Shown here: positions 1-10,933 of the stretch, one piece after another | Layout: every line of letters starts with the position of its first letter | How positions within the stretch are numbered: position 1 is the first letter of the stretch | Assembly (NCBI GenBank): GCA_050084515.1 | Contig: CM114271.1 | Coordinates: 11,470,001 to 11,534,000 of the forward strand | Reading direction: 5' to 3' | Source of the DNA: Blasia pusilla | Lineage: Eukaryota | DNA length: 64,000 nucleotides | Program-made: the position numbers and the translations under genes | The notes under the pieces: generated by a model | Told to the model about the DNA's origin: nothing | What the model saw: the letters and a program-made list of their open reading frames with translations, nothing else | Databases searched by the model: none

Positions 1-270
1 CGTAACCAAGGGGGTATTTTCATGGACAGGATCACCACGAAGTTGCGTAGCAGGCCAAAGCGGGGTGTCCATCGAGATCGACCTAGCAACATGCCTCGCG
101 AAGACTCCACGTCCATTCTACGAAGCGCGGCAATGCCGATGGTCAAGCTGTCACCGGAGCTGGTCGAAGCGCTAGAGGAGCGATCGTTGGCAACTTTCTT
201 TCAAGCCAACTGGACCTTGACATCCGGAGAACTCCTTGGCGAGCTTCGCTCTTCGTCTGCCGTCATTACA
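1..270. mobile_element. Probable LTR end interrupting the DNMT-like coding sequence
   Basis: The minus-strand DNMT-like frame (..VEPNAD) breaks at ~271, where the second copy continues with ERERAMGF. The new sequence begins TGTAATG on minus (ends ..TTACA on plus), an LTR-type terminus. The other end is outside the window. Confidence 0.35.
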
Positions 271-2045
271 TCATCGGCATTGGGCTCCACAAACCGTTGT
301 ACCTGGTCATCCCAAACCAAGCCAGATCTGACCTCCTTGAATGCATAGGAAGCGGGAAAACTCACAAAAGTGGGAAAGGCTGCCCATGGCATGCCAATCC
401 TGTTTACCACAGTAAATTACGGTCGATCATTGTGCCTCACTACTTGTGATTGACGACTTGGATCCAAAATAGAATCCACCAACAACTAGGAAGGGCGCTC
501 TACTCTTGCATACGCCCTCCACAACACCTTATGTGGGACCAAGTTGGTGCACCAAAGATGCACCCGATATGCTTGTGAACCTACACTTTCCGCATCCAAC
601 AACACTGTCGGGCCGATCCATGAGTGCACCTGATGTGCACTCATTACCTCGCGGGACCTCGGATCGCCCAAAATCGGCACATTCTCCAAAATGTATGCTA
701 GAGAACGGGACTGATGCTCGTGCAAGTTTTGCAAGATCCGTATTATCTCCCAAAGAAAACTGGATCAAGTGTTAGCCAACCCGCTACCTCGTCTAGCACT
801 TGACTGGCCCTAACACGGCCAACCAGCAATGACCAAATCTATGTTCCTTACCCGCTCCAAGTCTTGTGCCCCTAACAATGAAATGTCCCTCATTAAGGAA
901 CTCTGGTATCCCTGGATGGAGGACATAGACAAGAAGTCATGAAATCGGAGGCGTAATTGCGCCACATGGTGAAGTGAAGTGTACCTTGCAACATCATCAA
1001 TCTCAACGTATAGGTAATGCAACACATGCATCCTTGCTTGCAAAACAACAACTAAGAAAATGCTGATCCCTCCAAAGAGATCCAACACCGGAGTACCCTC
1101 CTCTGGGATGCGCCACACTCTTGGCTACCTCGGGTTCCTCTAACTTGTCACCCTCTGGTGCAAACGCCTCACTCCATGTTGTCTACACGTGCTCATCTGC
1201 CAAGCATCGGAGCTCCTCACTCGATCCCCACTGCGGCACCGCTCCTCCACGAAATAATGCGGCTACCATAACGCTCCTCCACAAAATAATGCGGCTACCA
1301 TAACACTCCTCTCCCTAGAAGTGTCAAGCGCAAGTATGTCCTCTGCATGGACATGCCCCTCAATCAAATCACGAGGCAACGTGATGGTGCTGCTAAACGC
1401 CGCTAATGTCGCCATCTCTCCTGGCCGTCGCTTGATCACTCCATCTATGAATCAAATAGGTAATGAGCTAAGTCGCCCATCACCTGACTGCCATCCTAGT
1501 TTGTAGGACGTTGACTCCTCCCAATAATCCAGGGAAAACCCCATCGTGTACAACACTACTCCACCAACCAAGACGTCGTAGGACTTGGCATCAGTCATTA
1601 TCGCCTTGGTTCGCACCACGGACTCATCGGTAGGATGTCGTGAGCAAATCCTCACCACAACTTGCTGTCGGGTGATAAACTGTGTGGTACTTGCTCCACC
1701 CTGTATCCGGAATAGACAACGCTCCACATCGGCCCTTGTTAGGCCAAAACCTAAGAATGCAGCCTACCCCAACATAAGGGGTTGCACTCCTAAATCTAAC
1801 AAGACACGCTCCAGACAAAACACTCTACCTCTTGGACTAACCAAATAGGATACCTCTCCCCGATTATCCAACAACATAACACTTGGAGCAACCATGGCAC
1901 GCTCAATCGCAGGTCTAGCGAGCATCTCCGCCATCCTAGCAACCGCAACTGGCCATGAATCTAAGGTGGACGGCCTAAGCATCGGCTCCAAGGGCAGGTT
2001 CATCACCTCCTTTGCAATCACCTCTGAATGTGATGCAGGAACACC
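271..2045 (-). pseudogene. Ty3/Gypsy polyprotein remnant: aspartic protease followed by DNMT3-like C5-cytosine methyltransferase
   Basis: Protease-like VLLDLGVQPLMLG (ORF 1764-2126) and YDVLVGG (1452-1727). Then C5-MTase motif I VLDLFGGI, motif IV IDLVIAGWPC (810-1118), motif VI YILENV and motif VIII-like AYRVHLWCTNL (486-734). Broken by stops. Confidence 0.8.
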
Positions 2046-2049
2046 ATCT

Positions 2050-2400
2050 AACTTCCTTGGAAATTTTAGCCCGGAGTTATCATACAACAACACGAGATCT
2101 CTGGTACTTATGGATTTTGGCCGCAAATGTCGGTCATATCGCTTCTTCTATTCCTCATGTACGGTCTTTGTATGGCAAAAGGCTAAGAATTGTCTGTCCA
2201 AAGCAACTAAGACCTAATTCCTTCCCTATACAACCACCGACTCGTCTTCCACTCTACCCTCTTCCAAAACACGATAAGTGGGTAGATCCCATTCGATGGG
2301 AGTCGATGGTTGAACTCCGTACGTTAGGTAAAACGGGGTATACTTTGTGGTGACCTTCAGAGCCATCTGATAGGCCCACAATACCGCTGGGATCTTTGCA
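2050..2400 (-). pseudogene. Gypsy integrase C-terminal fragment (different lineage)
   Basis: RDLVLLYDNSGLKFPRKL resembles the GDLVLL...KL segment that precedes the integrase GPY/F motif. Confidence 0.45.
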
Positions 2401-2544
2401 TCCCAATCATAGGAATATGTAAAACACCAATTTCGACAAATATGGTATTTTAGAAAACCTGGTTTTGTTCTAATATGATTATAAGCACACTAGGACATAG
2501 TGTAGTGGGAGTACAACTTAGGTTTTACTGTCTAAGTCAACCAT

Positions 2545-3488
2545 GTTTATGACTTAGGGTTTAAGGTTTATGTGTTAAGGTTTAAGGTTTATGGCTTGGG
2601 TGTAAGGTTTATGTCTTAGGGTGGAATCATTTCTCTATACTTATTTAACTTAGAATTCACTTAGGGCTTAGGGTTTATGGCTTAGGGTTTAGGGTTTGTG
2701 GCTTGGGGTTTAGGATTTAGGGTTTATGGCTTAGGGTTTAGGGTTTGTGGCTTGGGGTTTAGGATTTAGGGTTTATGGCTTAAGTTTTACGGTGTGTGGC
2801 TTATGTTCTAGGATTTTGAGTTTTTGGCTTAGGTTTTAGGGTTTTTGGCTTATGCTTTAGGGTTTAGGGTTTTTGGCTTAGGGTTTAGGGTTTATGGGTT
2901 AAGGTTTAAAGTTTATGGCTTCGGGAGTAAGGTTTGTGTCTTAGGATGGAGGGCTAAGGGTTTAGATTAATAACATTTCTCTTTACTTCCTTAAGTTAGT
3001 TTTCACTTAGGGCTTAGGGTTTAGGCTTTAGGGTTTATGGCTTAGCGTCTAGGGTTTATTGTTTAGGGTTTAGGATTTTGGCTTATATTCTAGGGTTTAG
3101 GGTTTTTGGCTTAGCGTTTAGGATTTATGGCTTAGGGATTAGGGTTTGTTGCTTAGGTTCTAGTTATTGTTTAGGGTGTTTGGCTTAGGGCTTAGGGCTT
3201 AGGGTGTATTGTTTAGGGTTTAGGGATTTTGGATCAGGGGTTAGAGTATAGGGTTTTTGGCCTAGGGTTTAGGGTTTTTGGTCTAGAGTTTAGGGTTTTT
3301 GGCCTAGGATTTATGGTTTATAGCTTAGGATTAGGGCTTTTGGCTTAGGGTTTATGGGCTTTGGTTTAGGATTTATGGCTTAGGATTTAGGGTTTATGGC
3401 TAAGGTTTTAGGGTTTATGATTTAGTGTTTACGGTCTAGACTTCAAGAAAGGGTTCCGGATGTTTGGCTTGGGCTTAATGTTTAGGGT
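2545..3488 (+). repeat. Interstitial degenerate telomere-like (TTTAGGG/CTTAGGG) array
   Basis: Dense ttagggtttagggttt variants, often as ~21-bp units (ggcttagggtttagggtttat). A non-telomeric spacer is duplicated at ~2628-2670 and ~2974-3017. Confidence 0.9.
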
Positions 3489-3489
3489 G

Positions 3490-4228
3490 TAGGAGGTGTT
3501 TCGACGATTGCAATTACATGGGCTGAAGCTATATCCAGGAAAGTGCAAGTTCTTCTACGACCAGATTGAGTACTTGGGTCATATGATATACGTAGGAGGC
3601 CTTCGTGTACAACAGACAAAGGTAGAGGCTATCTCACGCATTTCACGCCCTACAGATGTGAGCCGTGCTCGTGCATTCATGGGATTGGCGAACTTCTATC
3701 GGCGGTACGTCAAGGGATTCACTTTGATTGCAAAGCTGCTAACCTTACTGACCAAGGTGGATCAGGAGTGGCATTGGGGGGATGAGCAGGAGCGAGCATT
3801 TCAGTTGCTCAAGGACAAGTTGACATTGGCGCCCATCTTGAGGAGACCAATCAGGGGGCGTCCTTTCCAGTTGCACACAGATTGGAGCATGTTCGGGCTT
3901 GGAGCGGTGCTCACGCAGCATGATGATGAGGGTGGAGAGTTTGTGGTGGCTTACGCTAGTCGCTCGAACAATGTTGCAGAGGCAAAGTAAAACTTGTATG
4001 AGGGTGAGTGCTTGGCTGCAGTGTGGGCTGTCACGCATTTCAGGTGTTACTTATCCGGCAACCCCTTTACCATCATCACTGATCATCAACCATTGAAGTG
4101 GTTGATGGAGTCCGACAAGCTTACTATGAAGCTTGCCAGATAGTCTTTGTTGTTGCAGGAGTATGATTTTTAGGTGGTACATAAACCTGGGACGCTCAAC
4201 CAGGATGCAGATGGGTTGAGTTGTAACC
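3490..4228 (+). pseudogene. Ty3/Gypsy RT C-terminus and RNase H (continues at 34735)
   Basis: EVFRRLQLHGLKLYPGKCKF, FMGLANFYRRYV, FQLHTDWS, VVAYASR and ADGLSCN. The frame resumes as SCNPCPSQ after the duplicated target at 34735. Confidence 0.9.
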
Positions 4229-4638
4229 GGGGGCTGGTATTCTGGCAGAAGAGAGGAAGAGAGGAGAGTCTCTCTTCAAAAAAAAGGGCCAAATCCGCCT
4301 CCTCTCTTCAAATTTTTTTTACATATTTGAAATTTTTGTTTGCTTTCAAATTCATGAAATCTTTAGAATAGAGTAGGTAGTGGTCCACATTCAGGCCTAA
4401 AGAAACCTCCTTTTTCCAACGGGCAAAAAAAAAGTAGACATCATAAGACCACTACAAACATTTTTCCATCACTCTCCATGTGAGCCTAAGTTTCTTAACA
4501 TTGCCTGTCTTGGTCTACAATAAGCAGTGCCCATGGGTATTTTTGTTGGAGGACCACCCGGATGCGCATCGGTACGATGCCAACCTCTCTTTTTGCAGGG
4601 ATTGTTGCCTGCATCATGGCCTCCCTTGAATTGCCTCA

Positions 4639-7292
4639 TAACCAACTTTCTGTTGGTTATGAATGGTGTCTGCTCAAGACCAACTTTGTGAAATATGAAC
4701 ACATAAGACGATAATTGAACCAAAATATTGCAGTGGTCAAAAAGTGAGGGGGGTGGTATTCTTGCAGGAGAGAGGAAGAGAGGAGAGGAAGAGAGGAAGA
4801 GAGGAGAGTCTCTCTTAAAAAAAAAGGGCCAAATCCGCCTCCTCTCTTCAAAACTTTTTGACATATTTGAAATTTTTGTTTGCCTTCAAATTCATGAAAT
4901 CTTTAGAAGAGAGTAGGTAGTGGTCCACGTTCGAGCCTAAAGAAACCTCCTTTTTGCAAGGGGCAAAAAACCAGTAGACATCATAAGACCACTACAAACA
5001 TTTTCCCATCACTCTCCATGTGAGCCCAAGTTTTTTCACATTGCGTGTCTCAGTCTACAGTAAGCTGTGCCCAGGGCTATTGTTTTTGCATGACCATTGG
5101 CAAATAATGTGACCAAAAGTAGCAATCTCATCTCAACAAAGGAGACGATAATTAAACCACGGCTTGCAACTTTTCACTTTTTGACCACTGCACCTTTTTA
5201 ACCACTTCCAGACAACCTGTCGGATTCCGACAGGTTGGCTGCGTGAGTGATTGGACTCTTTCCCTGTTGGTCCAACTTTAGAGGCATTCTGGCGAGCTTC
5301 TTCACTTTGGCACCTACCCCTAGTATCGTCAAACAAGGCGTAGGCTTCTTCTCTTCTCTCACACCTGTTGGATTCCTACTACCTGTGGGATTGCCATCAT
5401 GATATTTCCAAGGACGGAGCACATATTGATACTGGATGGGTGTCACATTGCACAGCGTACAAGATATATTGCCGAGGAAGGCGGTGGGACTCAAATCAGG
5501 TTGCATAGGATCGTTATGGTGTACCTAGGGGGGGGCCAAGGCTCTCGAATTCGCCAATATTTTTTATCCCCGTCTACAATCGGCTAGAGGAGCCACTTGT
5601 ATCCCAGGACATTCCTTTTGTAGATGAACCTAGGAGAGTTAGGAGTAAATTTGTAGATGATGAGGCTGAAGAAATCATAGACTAGATCAAATATACATTT
5701 CCGAGGTTCCTTCGGAGGTAATAAAGGACGAGATTTTTTCAACCGATAATGGTGTTTGTAAAAGTTTGTTGAATTTTTTTTTTGGACTTCTGGATTGTGT
5801 TCGTCTAGCTACTCAGAATGTTTATTTCGCAACCCGTGTGATTCCGACGTGTTGCAACTTTTCACTTTTTGACCACTGCAACTTTTCAACCATTTCCAGG
5901 CAAGCTGTCGGATTCCGACAGGTTGGTTGCTTGAGTGGTCGGACTCTTTCCCTGGTAGACCAAATTCTGAGGCATTGTGGACGGCTTCTTCACTTTAGGC
6001 TCGTTCCCCTAGTATCGTCAAACCAGTCTTAGGCTTCTTTTCTTCTCTAAGACGTGCTGGATTCCTATAACCTATCGGATTGCCATTTCAGATTCCCAAA
6101 CAGTGGAATTTTCGTGGGTGCAGGGTGGAATGGAATCACTTCTCAAAATCTTTCCCTTCTTATGGTGAGCTTGCTTGCAAGGGGTGCAAGCCATCTGATT
6201 CCGACGGGTTGCAAGAGTTGGAACCTGTAAAATTCCAACAGGTTCGGAGGGGCGCAGCATCTCGGTTTATCAGATTTAGGATCTAAATGAAGGGACATCA
6301 GTTTCTCTTTACTCCAGACAGTTAACAATCTTTTGGTTTAATTATCGTCTCCTCTGTTGAGATGAGATTGCTACTTTTGGTCATATTATTTGCCAATGGT
6401 CCTGCAAAAACAATAGCCCTGGGCACAGCTTACTGTAGACTGAGACACGCAATGTGAAAAAACTTGGGCTCACATGGAGAGTGATGGGAAAATGTTTGTA
6501 GTGGTCTTATGATGTCTACTAGTTTTTCGCCCCTTGCAAAAAGGAGGTTTCTTTAGGCCCGAACGTGGACCACTACCTACTCTCTTCTAAAGATTTCATG
6601 AATTTGAAAGCAAACAAAAATTTCAAATATGTCAAAAAGTTTTGAAGAGAGGAGCGGATTAGGCCCTTTTTTTTTAAGAGAGACTCTCCTCTCTTCCTCT
6701 CCTCTCTTCCTCTCTCCTGCTAGAATACCAGCCCCCTCACTTTTTTACCACTACAACTTTTTAACCATTTCTAGGCAAGCTTTCGGATACCGACAGGTTG
6801 GCTGCTTCAGTGATCGGACTCTTTCCCTATGAGACCAACTTCTGAGGCATTGTGGCCGTCTTCTTCACTTTTGGCTCGTTCCCTTAGATTCATCAAACCA
6901 GTGGTAGGCTTCTTTTCTTGTCTAAGATGTGCAGGATTCCTACTACCTGTCGGATTGACATTTCGGATTCCCAACGTGTTGGATTTTCGTGGGTGCAGGG
7001 TGGAATGAAATCACTTCTCAAAATCTTTCCTTTCTTATGGTGAGCTTGCTTGCAATGGGTGCAAGCCATCTGATTTCGACGGGTTGCAAGAGTTGCAACC
7101 TGTGAAATTCTGACGGGTTGGGAGGGGTGCAGCTTCTCGATTTCTCAGATTTAGGATCTGAATGAAGGGACATTAGTCCCTCTTTATCACAAATTGCTAA
7201 CAATGTTTTGGTTCAATTATCGTCTTATGTGTTCATATTTCACAAAGTTGGTCTTGAGCAGACACCATTCATAACCAACAAAAAGTTGGTTA
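4639..7292. repeat. Inverted/duplicated left-end segments of E1
   Basis: 4730-5160 is the reverse complement of ~6330-6757, each including a copy of the left terminus (4748 and 6736). 4639-4729 is the reverse complement of 7201-7292. ~6010-6330, 6870-7200 and 7293-7575 are direct repeats. Confidence 0.8.
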
Positions 7293-8036
7293 TCATCAAA
7301 CCAGTTTTAGGCTTCTTTTCTTGTCTAAGATGTGCAGGATTCCTACTACCTGTCGGATTGCCATTACAGATTCCCAACCTGTTGGATTTTCGTGGGTGTA
7401 GGGTGGAATGGAATCACTTCTCAAAATATTTCCTTTCTTATGGTGAGCTTGCTTGCAAGGGGTGCAAGCCATCTGATTCCGACAGGTTGCAAGAGTTGCA
7501 ACCTGTAAAATTCTGACGGGTTGGGAGGGGTGCAGCTTCTCGATTTCTCAGATTTAGGATCTGAATGAAGGGACATCCCGTCCTCGTGGCAACCCGTCGG
7601 AGACCAACAGGTTGCGGGCCTTGCGGGATGCCTTGAACCCTCGGGAAGCGTGCAACATGTCAAAGCCGTCGGGTTGGTTTTTTTCACGTCCAGACTTCCA
7701 TAACGGTCAGCACGTCGCCGTCGGAAGGACGATGCGACCCAACGGTCAGCCCAACGGCTCGAAAAGTATAAATAAGGGAAGGTTCGCTCATTTCTGGTTT
7801 TTCATTTCGCGATCACAATTGCTCTTCCACGCAGTAGTTGACCAGATACCAAGGGGCGCTTTACACGGCAACTCATCGTGAGATGATTCGAGCGACCGAT
7901 CGCGAGACGATTCGAGCTACTCATCAAGGCGACTCATCGCGACATCAGCAAGGTGTCTCATCAAGGCAATTCCTCGAGCCGATTCATCATGCACAGAGAG
8001 CAATTTCCTTGTCCATAGGAGGCATTTTCGGGAACA

Positions 8037-10697
8037 ATGACGAGGAAAAAATCTCAAGCAAACAAGGCTGGGAGCTTCACTCTCAAGTCCATGAGGACTC
8101 CTGCGTCACCATCTCCAGGGCCTCGTTCGGCCAATGAGATAAGGCATCAAGAAATCGAGGAGCGGGAAAGGGAAGCGGAGTTGCACAAGCTGGAGCTTCT
8201 TGCAAAACGTGTAAATGAGGCGCTCGAAAAACAGAACGTAGAGGCTGAGGCGTTGCAGGCCTTGAAGAAAAGGATCCCCGACGAAAAGCATGAAAAGAAG
8301 CGTCTGGACGCGTCGGTGAGGAGAGCAGAATTGGCAAGAGCTCGGAGGGAAAAAGAAATTGCCATTGAAGAAAGCCCTGCCGGTCCAACCAAAAGTGTTG
8401 AGATGCAGGAAATATCCCCGATGAAGTCCGGGGATACAATCAATATAGCGAAATGGCCAAAGTTCAAGTGACGGACGATGAGGTCATGAGGACCGCCAGC
8501 GTGGAGATGGTGGACATCGCTGAAGAAGCAGGAGAGCGGTCATCCTCGTCCCTAAGCCTGGCGGAAGAAATCGACCTTTATCGGATCGACGAGTTTCCAA
8601 TGGACTTGCCAGCTGCTGTCCCAAAGCAGTTGGCTGGCCAAGACACCGACCCAATCTTCGAGCGGATAAGAGAGGATCTGTGTTCTTTGAATTATGTGAA
8701 GGCCCATGTTGCAATTCATTGGCAATTTAGTGTAGCTTATTGACCTTGTCCCCGTTGTGACAGGTGGTAAAGCAGATGGCACTCATGGAGAGCTAGAATG
8801 CCCCGAGAATTCCACTATGCCGATTGCGAACTATGGAGTACGTACGTGAAATTCAGTCTGACGAGGATATTGCGAAGCTGAAACAATCGGCAGCGACAAC
8901 ATCCTACGTCGACAGCTTCCCTCCGTTCTATGTTCAGCCTTACGATGATCATGGAACCTTAGCGCTGGTTACGGAGGAGGACTTGGAAGTGCTCGACACA
9001 TTCTGGAGGATGAGAGATCAGGAACTCAGAAGGGAGAAAGAGGGGACGGAATTCAGCTGGATGTGGAACCTGTATTTCTTCATATGGGATGGAAACCATA
9101 GGTTTATGGCGTGGACCCAGTTTGCAGAGGAGTGCCCAAACTCATTGGAGGCAGATTTTTGCGTGAAGGCAGTGGTGCTACATCCATACACTCATCACAT
9201 GGCGACGGTGGAGATGGCCATGCATGCCATGAACACGTAAGTTTCCTCTTGCTCCAAATCGTCGGACTTCGACAAGTTGTTTGAGTCGCCACTGTTTTTG
9301 GAATGTTTTTGGCCGAAAGCAACTCATCGGACTCTGACGAGTTGCTCGATTGATCACTGGTTTAGGATGTTTTTGGCCGAAAGCAACTCGTCGGACTCCA
9401 ACGAGTTGCTCGACTGATCACTGGTTTAGGATGTTTTTGACCGAAAGCAACTTGTCGGTGTCCGACGAGTTGTTTGACTGACCACAGGTTAAGGATGTTT
9501 TTGGCGAAAGCAACTCGTCGGAGTCCGACGAGTTGCTCGACTCACCGCTGTTTTTGGATGCTTTTTGAAGAAAGCAACTCGTCGGAGTCCGACAGGTTGC
9601 TTGACTCGAAGCTATTTTTGGATGTTTTTTGATGTTTCTAGCTGAAAGCAACTCGTCAGAGTCTGACAGGTTGCATTCGGAAGTAGGGGAGCTACATTTT
9701 TGGCGTCAAATTGCAGCTTTAATTGAAATTGCGTAACCTGTTGGACTCCGACTGGTTTATATGTTCACTTTTCTCGCGGAAACCACTCTCTAAATACAGA
9801 TTATCTGACAATCCGTCGGAGTCCGACGGGTTGAAACCAGACAATCACAAATCTGAATGCAATCTGTCGGACTCTGATGGGTTGCAAAATTTAGCTCGTT
9901 GCTTCCATTCCGACCATGAGCTGTGACGACCTGTCGGAGTCCAACGGGTTGCAGGAACCCATGTACCTTGCAAGATCTCTAATATTGAGTTTGGATGTGC
10001 AGGATTGCATCGGAGGGGAATGTCACCCACCACTGGATCCAGGATTGCGATCGGGTGAAGAAAGTGCTAACGACGCACTCGGCAGAGTACAAGGGGTTCT
10101 TGGGCGATGCCCTTATAAATTAGATGTTGGCAAAGGGTGCTCAAATAAAATAAAAGACTTGGGCAAATAAGTTTATTTCCCAAGATGCAGCCGTGACAAT
10201 CCTTTGCTCGTCGAAGATACAGGCCGCCAAGAAGACCGCTGCATTGGAGCTGGAGTGGAGGGAGAAAGTGTTTGTGTCTGAACGTGCAAAGTTCATCCAT
10301 GCTGCACTATCTGCATCTACAAAGTACACGGCAAGCAAGATGCAGTGCTACATCGCCATTCTCAACCCCGAACTTGGCCTCGATTTCTACAAGGAGCTGA
10401 AGGCGATAATCAAGCGCGAGCGGAAGAGGGATGAAGGTCTGTAGGGTCGGATTGGGGGGAAAGTGTCTCTCCATTGCGTGCATCGATTTGCCTTATCTGG
10501 GATTAGCAAATTTAGGAGAATTTGACTGATGAAAATCAGTCTCGAGGGCGTAGAGGCCCAAAAGAGGGCAGCACACCATCCTCCGAGTGTCTCTGATCGA
10601 GTGATCTCCCACTGGCTCCGTGAATGGTCATTCTAGCACGCGTTGCGGCTTCTCGGGAAGTCCATGCTCGTGGGTCTCCAAGCGGAGCTGAAAAGAA
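8037..10697 (+). pseudogene. E1 gene B, 5' part (charged N-terminus and ParB/Srx-like domain), truncated
   Basis: MTRKKSQANK... then FFIWDGNHRFMAW (ORF 8824-9240). GT-AG intron 9237-10002. Homologous to the E2 minus-strand gene; TATAAATA at ~7767. Confidence 0.7.
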
Positions 10698-10933
10698 TAG
10701 AGGCTATCTCACGTATTTCACGCCCTACAGATGTGAGCCGTGTTCGCGCATTCATGGGATTGGCGAACTTCTATCGGCGGTACGTCAAGGGATTCACTTT
10801 GATTGCAAAGCTGCTAACCTTACTGGCCAAGGTGGATCATGAGTGGCACTGGGGGGATGAGAAGGAGCAAGCATTTCAGTTGCTCAAGGACAAGTTGACG
10901 TTGGCGCCCATCTTGAGGAGACCAATCAGGGGG
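10698..10933 (+). repeat. Copy of flanking Gypsy RT segment 3623-3858 embedded in E1
   Basis: Near-identical to 3623-3858 (EAISRISRPTDVSR...LRRPIRG). Confidence 0.9.

Noticed and set aside
486-1118. Host DNMT3/DRM gene
   Set aside because: No introns seen, broken by stops, and collinear with Gypsy protease/RT in two copies, so it is retroelement cargo.
2545-3488. True chromosome telomere
   Set aside because: Internal, highly degenerate and flanked on both sides by retroelement sequence.
4748-6736. Independent TIR element with long perfect TIRs
   Set aside because: The flanks are inverted copies of each other rather than a direct TSD, so this is an inverted duplication of the left end.
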